From: Phoronis australis
Taxonomy: Eukaryota; Animalia; Phoronida
Assembly (NCBI GenBank): GCA_002633005.1
Contig: NMRA01000236.1
Span: forward strand, 367,710 to 431,709
Direction of reading: 5' to 3'
DNA length: 64,000 nt
Shown here: positions 26,884 to 40,299 of the stretch, piece by piece
Numbering within the stretch: the stretch's first letter is position 1
Layout: the number at the start of each line of letters is the position of its first letter
Made by a program: the position numbers and the translations under genes
Notes under the pieces: generated by a model
What the model was told of the DNA's origin: nothing
Database searches by the model: none
The model's input: the letters and a program-made list of their open reading frames with translations, nothing else

Positions 26884-27284
26884 GAAACATGGGCTGGATA
26901 TGCATGAAACATGGGCTGGATATGGATGAAACATGGGTTGGATATGCATGAAACATGGGTTGGATATGGATGAAACATGGGTTGGATATGCATGAAACAT
27001 GGGTTGGATATGCATGAAACATGGGCTGGATATGCATGAAACGTGGGCTGGATATGCACGAAACATGGGCTGGATATGCATGAAACCTAGGTTGAATCTG
27101 CATGAAAAATGGCTGGATGTGCATGAAACATGGGTTGGATATGCATGAAACATGGGTTGGATATGCACGAAACATGGGCTGTATATGCACGAAACATGGG
27201 CTGGATGTGCATGAAACGTGGGTTGGATATTCATTAAACATGGGTTGAATCTGCATGAAACATGGGTTGGGTGTACATGAAACA
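26884..27284. repeat. 22-bp minisatellite (gaaacatgggYtggatatgcat), about 18 copies
   Basis: Direct tandem periodicity of 22 nt. Confidence 0.95.
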
Positions 27285-27984
27285 TTTCTTAAAGCTTCAT
27301 AAATCTAAATATCATGTTAGAACAACTTCAAAATAAGCTTTCTCTAACTCTAAAGGCGAGTTGTATACTAGAGGTTCTCATCAAAAAATAATTCAACTGT
27401 TTATTTTTACGTGACAACAGCTTGAATTAAGCTTTGAGTTCAGTGACCCAGTGCCCCTCCTTGTGCCGATCGAATCTCAATTTTGGAGAGAAGTTCAGTT
27501 GAAGGCCAGCCTACAGGTATATGAATATCAAAAATGTACCTCTGCTACGAAACAAAACGATGTCCATGAAAAATGGAAAATAATAAAAATGTACTTAAAA
27601 ACAGTTTCCGGGTACTATACCCCTAAACTAGTGCTGAGATCCAGCAGGTGCTGAGACAAAGGCGGCCAGACGAGTGGAACTCCGGAGTCAAAATCAAATA
27701 GGCCTACACTATAGCCACCAAACTGAGAAGTCCGTGTCTTGGAACAAATATAAATGTGTTTAACCTTCATGTAATCAGCTGCTCATGTGGCCGTTCATAC
27801 AGTTTCATCCGTAGTTTAAAACTTTCGACATCAATTTTTGGCTTAGGAGATGCTCAAAAATGACGGGATATTCTTCGAGAGCTGCGTAACGGCTGTTGGA
27901 ATCACACACACCATATCAACACCGTTTCATAATTTCTTGATCTATAGAATAAAATATATTTTACACGACGACGTGTTATACGTC

Positions 27985-28163
27985 GGGTAAACTGGCGGCT
28001 TGGAAATGCAGACGAAGGTGCCTCAAGAATGCTACGCTCTGATTGGTCGGTTCAGCCGTCAGTCAGAATTGACCTATCGCCAGGACTTTGACTGACGGCT
28101 TAACTGACCAATCAGAAAGCATTATTCTTGATACACCTTCGTTTCCAAGCCGCTACTTTACCC
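27985..28163. mobile_element. Palindromic MITE-like sequence
   Basis: gggtaaa...gcggcttggaaa...ctgattggtc...agccgtcagtca and its imperfect reverse complement. Confidence 0.6.
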
Positions 28164-28355
28164 TTGCGATTGGTCAATCCTGACGATAGGTCAATTACGG
28201 TCGACACTTTCCAAGCACGGCCCACGATATCGGCGACTCAGGACCCCTTTGGAGTTTATAAGAGTTAACTTGGAGTGAGTATTCAAAATGGCGCATATAC
28301 GCATTGCCTCTGATTTGAGTTGCCGCTTGATTTGAAAAAAGTTCAAGATCCGTTG

Positions 28356-28516
28356 CAGTGGCGGATTAAAGGGGGGGAGGGCAATGGGGCCATGCCCCCA
28401 AAAAAATTCTCACAAATTCCATTTGGCAGTTCAGGGGTGCGGATGTCAGAAGGGCAAAATCCTGGCTAATACTCTGCCCTGGCACCTCCTAACTCAAAAT
28501 CTTGGATGCACTCCTG
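28356..28516. mobile_element. Small hAT-like MITE, imperfect 5-bp TSD
   Basis: cagtggcggat...atgcactcctg; flanks cgttg and ctttg; similar to 34137-34446. Confidence 0.6.
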
Positions 28517-28914
28517 CTTTGAACGTGCTTAACCCCTAAAAGCACCTATAACAGAGGCGTGTGGATATCGTTACTCACTTTTGACCTGTCCCACTCTTTG
28601 CGATATTATTGTGCAAAGGAGTATTTCGTACTGTTAACAGAAACGTTTTCATAAATTAATTCAAATTTAAAAACTAACGGTTATTAATTCTTGTCCACGC
28701 ACACGTGCGTAAATGTCCTCTGGCGTGAGCAACCCATGTCTGGTGCACGTGGGAGATAGAGATTGCACATCTTCCGTGGGTATCATAGAGATCCTTGGCT
28801 AATAGACAAAAACTATCGTTAAAACGGTTTAGTCCAAGTCACTGAAGTTGTTACTGTCTCATATTTTACGGAACTCAGTCAAATTGTTTCAAAAACGTCA
28901 CCAACAATAATTAA

Positions 28915-29991
28915 AGGCGAAGGCAACCTTTTTTCATGTCACTTTTAGCAAAAATAAGGTTCGTTGATTATCCCAGACACATTTTTCACTTAATTACAGC
29001 TTTTCGTAATTTGATTAATTTCTCGTCCTCTACTCTGGAAGTTACGTTTTGGAAGGCAAGAGTTTCGCGCCAATTTCTTTTCATTATAGTCTGACTGTGA
29101 GAACTGTCGAGTCAGTCATTTTTCTACCTCCGTTGTGATAAGTTCGGTAGCCGTTTGCTTTTGTTTACAAGTCAGTCAACATGCCACGCTGTTGCTGCGT
29201 GCCGGGATGTACTCATTATCGTCTCACACGCTCTTTGGGTACCTTGCGTCGCTTTCCGAAGGATGACACACTTCGTCGTACTTGGCTAGCTCGTTCATGT
29301 GAAGAACGCAGCGCTATCCCGTGCCTCCGAACGTACCACATTGCGTGCAATTACGGGAACTAGCAGTGATTCGCCCTGTGCTGTTGTCTCTAGCCCAGAG
29401 CCTGTAAGCAGCCCTGCAGCGATGTTGAGTAGTGGGAGTGAATACAGGCCCAGTTCGACACCCAGTGAAGAAGACAGTTCGTCATCCGCCAATGAACAGA
29501 TCGGTGAGCCTAAGTTTGATAACTTTATTGTGGACTTGTATTGGAGCTATTTAGAAGGTGCCAGGTGTGTGGCGAGGGAGAAACACGGCGGGGTGTAAGC
29601 AGTTTGGGTGCTCAGATCACCTTCCAGTGGGAGTGTGTCGTGGGACACTCGGGCAAGTGGGACAGTTCTTCTTCTGTTCTTGAGACGATAATGAGTACAC
29701 CCCAGTACGCAGCAACAGCGTGGCATGTTGACTGACTCGTAAGTAAAAGCAAACGACGACCGAACTTATCACAACGGAGGTAGAACAATGACTGACTCGA
29801 CTGCTCTCACAGTCAGACTATATGAAAAGAAATTGGCGCGAAATTCTTGCCTCCCAAAACGTCACTTCCGGAGTAGGCCACGAGTAATTAATTAAATTAC
29901 GAAAAGCAGTAAATAAGTGAAAAATATGTCGGGAATAATCAACTAACCTTATTTTTGCTAAAAATGACATGAAAAAAGGTTGCCTTCGCCT
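28915..29991 (+). mobile_element. Non-autonomous Kolobok-type element with THAP transposase remnants
   Basis: TTAA flanks, AGG...CCT termini and ~310-bp inverted repeats; MPRCCCVPGC...FPKDDTLRRTWL (THAP start) and LFRRCQVC...WECVVGHSGKWDSS. Confidence 0.8.
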
Positions 29992-32900
29992 TTTAATGTG
30001 TCAGTAAAAATGGCCGAGACAACTCCACATTTCAGCATTTTGTCATTTTTCACAAAAGTCACTGGAAGATTACACGAAAACGGTATGTGTGGTTTTAAAT
30101 AGTTTTATAGTCTACTACTAGGTGGTGATGTGATCTATGTATTTACTGCTATTTTGACCTTTTTTTGTCCGTATAACTTGGTTAATGTTACCAATAATGT
30201 TTAAATGCGTCAGTTAAAATGCCTGAGACAATATTTTTCATCAATTGTTACGAACATTTTGTGCTTTTATCAAAATTCGTTGGCAAATTACTTGGAAATG
30301 TGAAACTTTTAACGCGGGAATGTTTTACAGCTTCAAAATTACACACTACTATATGAATAAGGTGGGAAACGATAAAACTGACAGAGGCTCTCACGAAAGT
30401 TTTTTTTAATCTCGTACATATCAGAGCCCACTGACTAAACAGAGTTCATTTGTACCCTAACGTCATGGACAGATACGGTCGATTTCAAAGTCAACTCTAC
30501 GTGGAGCTACCGAAAATAATTTACTTTTTTCTTGCAGTTTACCTGATCAATGCGTGAATGACGTCATTCCGCCTTTGGGTTTATCAACACAATTCATAGT
30601 GAATAGGAAGTCGATTTTTTAAAATCAACTGATAGGCGAAATTTCAGGCATGTCGTCTTTTGTTTTGATTTTCCAATTCATGGCACGCCATTACGTAAAC
30701 AAGATTCACAATGTTGGGTAGTTAACACTTTGTCGCCGATAGAAAGAGAAAATTGCCCATTGCGTGTTTTGCCTTCCACGGTTTAAATTTTGAGTTGAAC
30801 TGAGATTTTGTCATTTGCCAAGCACTTCTCGAGGTTTGAAATTATGTAATAGGAACTGAAACAAGAAGTTGGTGTATATTTTGATGAGCCGTGGAAAAGG
30901 TCCTATTCTTTGTTTCTCTGAAGTCATTTTGAAGAAGAGCTTAATTAGGACGCTAGCTCTTGATGTGGTATCCTAGGAAAACGAGTTGACGGTCATTCCA
31001 TGGCTCAGTTGTACTTGGCTTATTCACAAACACTGGCACAGATCCTGGCAGTGTGGAATTTTTAGTACCCCCCTTGTATTTGCCAAAGCCTCAGTTGTCC
31101 ACAAATGAGCAAAGTTTCAATTTTTCTCATTGTATGATGGAAGGCGGAGCCTTTTGCGTACAAAACATAAAAATAAGTAAAGGAAACCACCCCTACATCT
31201 ATTTTGATGACTGCCGATCAGGAACTTGTGTGATTATAATTTCGAAAGGAAAAATCATGAAGCGAAAATTTTCGCTTATGCGTCACCATTTTGTTACTGG
31301 CATATATTTTTTCTGGTCACAAGAGCAGTGACGGATCTACGTTTTCAGTAAGGGAGGGTTTAGGATTCCCGTAAAGGTCGAATCCTAGGCGCGTGGCGCC
31401 GAGCGGGGGGAGGTCGGGAGGGGGGTTTCCCCCGTGTAAGACATTTTTTTGTTTTTGCAGCCAAATAGTGAAATTTCCATGCATCCTGGTAAGTTTCTGG
31501 CACTTAACATGTCTCTGGAGTTTTTCTTAAGATAAATAAAATCCTTCTCGGTTTAGTCACATGAACTTGGCTCATAAGTTTCGTGAAACCATATTGTGCA
31601 CATCTGGGTATGAGTCACACCACCAGCAAAAATTTTTGTTGGAACATCTGCTTACACACTCCTTTTTTAGCATACGAAATGTCGTAAACGAAAAAGTGTG
31701 GTGTGTATACAGGGGTTTAGACAACTTCCAAATATTCAAGAGCATAAGGAGCACCGACGGGGAGTTAAAACTTGAATATCAGATGATCGTGTAACAACAG
31801 CCTCAAGTTGTTTAAGAACAAAAACCTATACTGTTAGTCCGGAAATAAACATGTGTTCTGTCTCGTTACGAGAAAAACTGGCAAACGATGGTGCTCGCAG
31901 CTCATAGTCTATTATTAAAAGCGAAATAAATAATTAAGTATCACTTTATTAAACTGAATCACGTTGACAACAATTGAAAAACGTCAAATGTATCAGGAAA
32001 CAAATCATCTGAAAACAGTTTCACGAAACCAAAACATCTGTGCACAGTGGTGAAAAGATATACTGGACTAGTTTGCAGAGGGACCAGATGTACACTGAGA
32101 GAACACAAAAAGGCTGACCTGGTCCGTCACGAGACCAAGAGTACACCTGTGCCTATTATCCCTATACAAATAGTCGATCTGTCGTGGGACCAAACAGTAC
32201 TGGCTGAGATAAACAGTTTTACAAAGCACACATTGGTAAAAAAATCACAAGACTAGTTCGCCGAGGGACCAGAAGCACACTGAAACTCAACATCTACACA
32301 AATCAAGCTGGCCTGGTCGGTCGCAAGACCTAAAGTGTACTATGCAAGAAATTTTGAATTGAAAACTTCTTTCTAGACGCTTTTTAATCCCCAGTGTTTA
32401 CTCATACGGTAGCCCTATTCTTCTGTTGTCTAGACTGCCAAGGAATCTGTATATCGGATCCAATGGTTTGCTCCTCTTGGAACCACTCTACCCAGATATC
32501 TTCGATGTTTGTTCCCAACGCTTGCACTTCGTCAATGAGCTTGTAAGCCTCTACAATGTCAGCATCTCGTTTCGCAGCTCAGTTGGCACTAAGACCCTTG
32601 AGGTTGCCAAGTCCATTCAAAAGACTTACACGCGCAATTAAATTTGATCCGTTCATCATGGAACTACTTCAAACCTTGACGATGTATCCCAGGACCTATT
32701 TGCATCTCTTGCAATTTTCGAAATAAACTCCCCAATGTCTGAACGCTTGAAACCCGAAGTACTAACATCAAATAAATGCCCATGGGCATGAGCGTTTCAT
32801 CGGGTGAGCCTTTTTGCGGAAATTCCCAATATAAAAGACGGCAGTGTGCGTATTGCAGGTAGAAAGACGGTAGGTGTTGAGGTCGGAACTAGGGCTCCTT

Positions 32901-34136
32901 AGGAGGCCTACTGAACATCGCACCAGTCCCGCAATACTTTGTTGTGAAAGAACAACTTCCCTGCAATTTTTGGTACTGTACACTGTTCGCGAATGCGATC
33001 ACTTTGTCAATGCGAGTGCCCCTTGGTCATTCTTTGTATAGACATAACTTGTTAGAGTTTATCTTCAAACGGACTCGCGACTAGACCACGGCGCCCGCCT
33101 CAACAGCAATTCTTCGGAAAAAGATTTTTTTTCAAAAATATTACATGTACATGTACACTGTATGATATTGCGCAAGACAAATTTACTATACATCAGTTAC
33201 AAACGTTTGGAGTGTAATAGAACACCCCGGCCAACCCGCGATCGAGAACGACCGGAAAGCGATCGAGAACGAAACCGGTTGCGAGAAGCGAAGCCAGGCA
33301 AGGTGAGTAAATTTGATGAATTTACGTTGTTTTTACTTCCAATGTGAAAACAGAGACATGAGTTCAAGGTGTAACACATTGAGGAAGGGCAGGTAGAGGT
33401 TTGGGCTGGTGTCTGTTCCAATTATTGGAGATAAGTTACGTTGAACGAGGCATCGCTTGAGTCAAAGGGGATTCGTATGTCATTTTGGCAAATTGCGGTT
33501 ATTATTGGCACTAAATCAATAAATTGACCATGAAGTTATGAAGAAGTGACTTGTGAAAGTATAGCACAACGCTTGTTTTTCGTAGTTTTGTCAGGATCTC
33601 TGATTTTTCGACACTTTTCTGTTGAAAGATGCGATCGAGAACGCAAAGATAAGCGATCGGAAACGCAAATTTTTGTAGTGTTTATGCGATCGAGAACGCA
33701 TCGTGGTGTGCCTAACAGTTATGAACTTTTTAGTTATAAAACGTGAAAAGGGTTACAAAATAAGTGTGGTGCAATGAATTAATCACATTTTGAGTCATTA
33801 CTGTTACTTTCGTTTCCAAATTAAACAATATCATAGCATTATCCTTAAATTAAAATGAGCGACTACATGTACATCAAGCCCTATTTTAGTTATAGATATT
33901 TTCACAAATGAATTTATTTTCATTTCAGGAAACACGTTCACTGTTATTATTGTGAGGCGAGCTTCAACGAACAGATTGATCAGGGCGTGAAAGTACACCC
34001 TACCAGGGTTTTGAAATACAGACATACTTTTAGACGAAAACAAGTGGAACAAGGGGTTCTAAACTAAGACTCACCCAGAAATTGTTCCATGTGGCGTGTA
34101 AGCCAGGAGTAAACAAATTGTTGCTGCAGATGAAAG

Positions 34137-34446
34137 CAGTGGCTGATTTAGGAGGGGGGTTGTCAAGGGGGCCATGCCCTGTAAAATTCTCTCACATACC
34201 ATTTGGCAGTCCGGGGTGCGAATTGCCGACTAGCAAATGCGCGCACCCAAATGGGCTCGAGGGGTTAATGCGCAATTCATAGGCCTTGAACAAACCCCGT
34301 GTACCTTTTTTTAGTAATAAGGTCCACAAACCCAAAAATTCGAGGCCCCTGCATCCCTACATTTTAGGCTGGGCGTGCGCATGTGGCAAAATTCTGACTA
34401 TTCCTGTGCCCTGCACCCCCAACTCAAAATCCTGGATCCGCCCCTG
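34137..34446. mobile_element. hAT-like MITE with 5-bp TSD nested in CAC element copy 1
   Basis: cagtggctgat...atccgcccctg; TSD gaaag; empty site in copy 2 near 41090. Confidence 0.8.
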
Positions 34447-35475
34447 GAAAGCGAGTGCCGAATCTTCTTGCAAGATTGTGACAGAAATAGGAAAAAAAAA
34501 AACAAATACGGCAGTGAAGTTAAAGATTGATGACGAGCGTGCTTGTGGGAAGCGAGTAGAATGCTGCAACACCATTCGTGAGGTGATTCAAAGATTACCG
34601 CTCATGAACGTCTGGGATTTAAAAAAATGCCAGAAATAGTGTTAACTGTTTTGCTGATAAAACGGGTGATATTTTCTTGGATGTTTTACTGATATTATCG
34701 ATACAGTGATGAACAGATTGACTTGTGGCACTTGTGCGGCTCGGATATACAACGTATGTTTGACTCTTCTATTTTGTAGTATTGGTCCTGAGTGCATCTT
34801 CAGTTCATGATTTCCTGTTTAACATGACATTGAAAAAGAGCGAGGCAAGATATAATACACCTACTATATTGTGATTTTCTCAAAAACTTAGTTAAAATGT
34901 TGTCTTTAACATCACTTCAAGACACAATGTAGTGATTACACAGGAAATCAATAACAATATTAAAGCAATTCTATAATATTATTAATCTTTTATCACACAT
35001 ACCTCAAAATTGGTTATACGGGAAAAAGATATAAAACATTGCTTTAGGGAAATCAACATAACACATCCAGTGTACATTTCCTTCGAATTATTTTTGGAGT
35101 GTATTAGAGTAAATCATCACTCAATCATAGACAATCTGTTTTGGACCGGTGCATAAAATTCTCTCACACGGAATCAACAATATGAAAACAGTTTCTACAG
35201 TTATGGCAGACATATGTTTTTTTTAAATACTAATTGGTCTTAACAATTGTATGTAAGAATCACCCAATGACACATAGAGTGGCCATTAAAATGTACCCAA
35301 ACACAACAAAAATGCACTGGTTCTGTTAAAGATGCTGCTGAAATAACACAAATAGGAAAAAGGTTCAAAACAAAACGTCAAAATACTATCACATCTGACA
35401 ACTACCAACCATAAACTCTGTAAATCTGAATAAAGTTTCGTGAATTAACAACTTTCACTACAGGACTGAATGATT

Positions 35476-36485
35476 TTATTCATGGTCATTCTGATTCTCA
35501 TGTCTGTAGAAGGAGGCATACTCTTTGCATGACCCATTCACAACTTACAACAAGGAGTGTCCTCAGGCGTACTCTTTCTGTGAAACATTGATCGCAGATA
35601 GGGCACTGAAACAACTTGGTTCCTGAGCACTATGCTTCATATTGTGTTTTCTTATGCAATAAAAAATCTTGCCCCATGCAACACGGGGCTGGTAAAGGTC
35701 TTGCTTGCAACTAGTGAGTGACACTGTGTTTTATTGTCATGTGGTTATACAAAATAGGTTTCTTCCTGAACGAAGCTCCACAACATATATGCATACACAG
35801 CCCTTTGTCACATGCAGCAGTTGTGCTACCGGTACTCTTTTTTGGAGGCGTGTGTGTTAACACTCTGAAGGACTCCTCATGCGGCTACAGTTCAACTGAA
35901 AAATCAAATGCATTAAATCATATTTGTGAGGCTAAATCTCATACAGAAATCATAAGAAACGGTGAAACTATAACAAACAATTAACCTGTCAACTACTTCA
36001 TGGTCGTATTATTCTAAAATTATTGATATAACACCGTAACTTGAACAATTATTCAGGAAAATGCACCGAAAAAACGTGCGTTCACGATCACCATGGAGAA
36101 TTAACAGCTTCGTTCCCGATCGCCGTCTCACACGAGGACCTGCTTGTATCGGTAGATAGCTCGAATTGTTTCACATATTATAACTAACAAAGGTGTCACC
36201 AGGGACGATTTCACTATAAACGTCACACGTGTCCACTAAAGAACCCAGGAATTGCTAATAACAAGTAGAAATTGACGAATTTACGAGACGCAAGTCATTT
36301 TACCGAAAGCCATTGCATTCTGCGGTCTCTATTTCAAAAAATAGCAAAAGCCAAGTATTATTTCAGATCCACAACAAAGGATAAGCTCTGACGCTTTTCG
36401 ATGTGCCGCATCGGTACCAAAGTAGCCTCTATTTAAGAAGAAAATGACACTTAAACTCACCGGGTACTTCACTGTCGTCTGCCAT
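35476..36485 (-). pseudogene. Spliced C2H2 zinc-finger pseudogene inside CAC element copy 1
   Basis: Exon 1 MADDSEVP|gtgagt (36485-36461); exon 2 from 35895 continues in phase: CMHICCGASFRKKPILYNHMTIKH...FQCPICDQCF; internal stops. Confidence 0.65.
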
Positions 36486-36835
36486 TTTTGTTGTAAGGTC
36501 GCGTTCTCGATCGCGGGTTGGCCGGGGTGCAGAATGACATGGCATGACAGATGAGGTAAAAACGTTGCATGTCAATTCGCCTGAATATCAGGGTTGCGGC
36601 ACCACACTATTTCCCCTAATCAAATCAAAACATATCTTAGAGTAAAGAAGCTAGTTACCTAAAGAAATCAGCTATAGAACTGCTCTTTCAGCGGTGGATC
36701 CATCTAAAATGCTTGGCTACTTCAGAAGTGTCGACGGAAGTGCGCGCACAACTGGTCGCGCGTTTTGCCGATGAGCCAAGAAGACTCAGCAATTCACAAT
36801 GCAAAAAATTATGTTTTCAGAGTGAGCACCCCCCC

Positions 36836-36992
36836 NNNNNNNNNNNNNNNNNNNNNNNNNNNNNNNNNNNNNNNNNNNNNNNNNNNNNNNNNNNNNNNNN
36901 NNNNNNNNNNNNNNNNNNNNNNNNNNNNNNNNNNNNNNNNNNNNNNNNNNNNNNNNNNNNNNNNNNNNNNNNNNNNNNNNNNNNNNNNNNNG
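36836..36992. other. Assembly gap
   Basis: Run of N between C/G homopolymers. Confidence 1.
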
Positions 36993-38049
36993 GGCCCCCC
37001 CCCCCCCCTCTCATTTTTTTTCAATTTGGTTTACTTAGGGCTTACACACGCTAGCGGTGCTGTTTTTGTTTTGCTGGAGACGTTTTTATTTATTTTTTGT
37101 GTCCTGGCCCAAGGGGGGGGGCTTAAATCCCCTGAACCACCCCCCGTAGATCCGCCACTGAAGAGGGAGGTAAGAAATTTAAATAAAGTTGATTAACAGG
37201 CGTAGTCCAATTAAAATCCGGAAACGCACCAGCCAGGCGAGCACATTCCAACTAAAGTCTGAAAATTGTTGTCCTAGCCGAACATATGAGCTCGATCGGC
37301 GGTTAGTGGCGGTGGGGACAAAACTTTTCCAAAGGCAGTGATAGGGGTCGCGTGACAGTTGGCGCCGTTTTACGTGTAAACATTAGGCGAGCTTTCGCAC
37401 GTTATCAGGAACTTATCTGATGGCAACATTTTTCTAATGAAAACATTGGAACCACTGGTAGAGAGTGGTATGTAATCCAGTCGAGGAAAATAACATGCAA
37501 CATACATTCATTAACTGATTTCTCATTGTTTATTTTAAAAGATACGAAGATAATGCTCTTCATTGACTTCAAAAATCAACAAGACATGCAACTATGGTGA
37601 ACAGAAAAACACGTTTATGATTAAGAAACTGCATTATGAATAAACAAATAATTCTCGAATACAAATCACATCTGCCACAAAGTGCATACTAAATTTTTAA
37701 ATCGCTGAGCTAAACCGATGGTTTCATAAGTTAAGCCACAAATCGAACCACTTCCGTCACTGGTTGGTTGTCAGTAGCCACCAATTAAAATGTATTTGTG
37801 TAATGGTAATGAAAAAATGGACTTGAGATGGAACAGAGGTCAGGATCAACGGATTGTTAAGTACGTACGCCAAATGGTTGTGATTTTAATTCGGCACGGA
37901 ACACGAATGTTCGCAAAAAGTATTATTTAAACAATTCGCGAAGAAAGTACCACCAACAGTTAATACTTGTATCAATTGCTTCTTCACCCCGGCCAACCGG
38001 CGACCAAGAACGCCCGGAAGGCGATCGAGAACGAGACCTTGCACCAAAA

Positions 38050-39900
38050 ATGGCAGACGACAGTGTTGTACCCGGTGAGTTTAAGTGTCATTTTCTTTTT
38101 AAATAGAGGCTACTTTGGTTCGAATGCTATACACAGAAATGCGTCAGGGTGTAGCTATTGTTGTGGATCTTAAATAATACTTGGCGTCTGCTTATTTTTA
38201 AAATAAAGAGCGCAGAAAGCAATGGCTTTCGGTAAAATGCCCTGCGCCTCGTAAAATCGACAATTTCTACTTGTTGTTAGCAATTCCTGGGTTCTTTAGA
38301 TATGTGTGACGTTTATAGTTTAATCGTCCCTGGTGACATCTTTGTTAGTTTTGCTTTGTGAAACAATTCGAGATATTTATCAATACAAGCAGGTCCTTGT
38401 GTGAGACGGCGATCGGGAACGAAGACGTTAATTCTCTATGGCGATCGTGAACGCAAAAAAGCGATCGTGAACGCACATTTTTTTCGCTGAATTGGCCTGA
38501 ATAGCCGTTCAAGTTACGGTATTGTGTCAATAATTTCAGAATAATACGGACCTTGAATTAGTTGATGGGTTGATTATTAATTATACTTCACCGTTTTTTC
38601 ATGATGCCTTTGTGAGGTTAACGTAACAAATAACTAAATGCGTTTGATTTTTTCAGTTGAACTGTAGCCACACGACGGGTGTTAACGTCCACGCCTTCAA
38701 AAAATAGTAGTATACTCGGGAACCCAATGGTCGTCCGCCTAAGCATTAAACCGACTTGCTGTTGTACTCACCGAATTATTCCACTTCAAAGTTATGATCT
38801 GAATAGGATTCGATTTAACTCTCACAGATATACCGCATTCATCGATTCGGAAGTTTTCTTTAATTTGTGCCGAGTTATTTCAAATGTGCACTGCCTTCGG
38901 CAGCCATTTTATTGTGACACCTAAGTTCGTCATATGCTGCCCCCTTTTGTAAAAACTGAGAAACATGCAGAAAAAGGCCAACGAAGTAATGAAAATTGCA
39001 ACAGCCTGTTTTTATTGACATAAACTCGATTTGAAGCTTTGATGTTGAGCTCTGCACTGTGGTTTCCAATAAAAGCCAATTGGACAACATTTCAATGCAG
39101 TTTAATGGTGAACGTGAGGCAAAAATGTTAAGAACCCAGCGTATCGCATTTGTCTGCGGATTTTTCCTTTGGCCTTCTAGATCCTACTAGTGCCTGGGAC
39201 AAACAGATACATTGCATAAACAAACCCTGGATCATGTTTTGTGTCCCGTCGGAAGAAAATTTAAATTCGAAAACATCTTCTGAAAACGCACAAAAAAGTG
39301 TATTAGTAAAATCTACTGATTTTTAAGTGGTTTTAAAAAACAATCGGTAAACTCACCGATTTTTGTCTCATTACTTTGATACGTGTCTCTTCCGATAAGT
39401 TAGTACCTAACGTGCACACGAGCACTCCAAATTGGAACGCTAAGTCCCGCGTGGTTGCGCTGCACGCGAAACAAGATGGCGGACGACCTTTGGAGCCTGA
39501 CGACAATAGGTAACCGGACTATACAACTGCTGCATGTCACAAAGGAGTGTGTGCGTACGTTGTCGAGCTTCGTTCAGGCACTAAGAAATCGACTTAGTAT
39601 AACCAAATGGCAATAAAAGACAGTGACACCACAGCAAGCAAGACCTTTACCAGCCCCTTGATTGACGTATTGCATGCGTCAAGGGTTTATTTACCGATAT
39701 AAGAAAACACAACATGAAGCATCGTGCTCAGGAACCAAGTCAATTCAGTGCCCTATATCTGCGATCAATGTTTCACGGAAAGAGTGAGCCTGACGCGACA
39801 TGTTGCGTCACACGAGGACACTCCTTTTTGTTGTGAGTGTGGCATGTCATGCAAATAGTATGCCTCCTTCTACAGGCATAAGAAGCAGAATCATGAATGA
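38050..39900 (+). pseudogene. Spliced C2H2 zinc-finger pseudogene inside CAC element copy 2
   Basis: MADDSVVP|gtgagt at 38050-38074, acceptor at 38656, ICDQCFTERVSLTRHVASH and FCCECGMSCK*YASFYRHKKQNH; interrupted by an insertion. Confidence 0.65.
38725..39492. mobile_element. Nested TIR element absent from copy 1
   Basis: caatggtcgtccgcc...ggcggacgacctttg inverted termini. Confidence 0.55.
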
Positions 39901-40045
39901 AATAATTAAATACAGTATAAGTGAAGGTTGTTAAGTCACTATAGTTTATTCAAATTTACAGAGTTTATGGTTAGTAGTTGTCTGATGTGATAGTATTTTG
40001 ACGTTTTGTTTTGAACCTTCTTTCCTCAAGTTTCTTTCTATATTT

Positions 40046-40299
40046 CATGAGCGCACCCAGCCTTTAATACGGGGGCTCGAATCTCTGACAAAGTGGAACT
40101 TTTTCTAACAAAAAAGCAGGGTGACTAAAAAAACGAGGTACCACCTTCAGGTCTGTGAACTATGCGTCTGCGCCTTTTTAGTGGACTTTTGTCTCGTTTT
40201 CTCGGACTTTTTGTTTCTCTGAGGCGGACTTTTAACCCACTTCGCAAAATGGGGGGTGGGCTCGTTCGAGCGCCCCGAGCACCCCTGGGTGCGCGCATG
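40046..40299. mobile_element. MITE with CATG termini and 5-bp TSD
   Basis: catgagcgcacccag...ctgggtgcgcgcatg; TSD tattt; empty site in copy 1 near 35350; a related end occurs near 23964. Confidence 0.8.

Larger units (their letters stand above)
33223..36529. mobile_element. CAC-terminated DNA transposon derivative, copy 1, with two convergent spliced pseudogenes
   Basis: 28-bp TIR caccccggccaacccgcgatcgagaacg; repeated subterminal gcgatcgagaacg; flanks tagaa and cagaa (5-bp TSD, one mismatch). Confidence 0.8.
31326..37160 (-). mobile_element. Non-autonomous hAT-like element with 5-bp TSD, hosting a nested 3.3-kb element
   Basis: Termini cagtgacggatctacg and cgtagatccgccactg; TSD aagag at 31321-31325 and 37161-37165; degenerate transposase sequence at about 32420-33020 is homologous to 9160-9570. 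Confidence 0.85.

Noticed and set aside
26838-27285. Repetitive ORFs (HIQPMFHAYP...)
   Set aside because: Translations of a 22-bp minisatellite, open in several frames.
33929-34020. D...VHPTRV segment resembling the RAG1/Chapaev N-terminal zinc finger
   Set aside because: The required CxxC after HP and the CRxCG motif are absent in both copies, and the frame has stops.
36713-37196. ORFs spanning the first N gap
   Set aside because: Their length comes from N codons.
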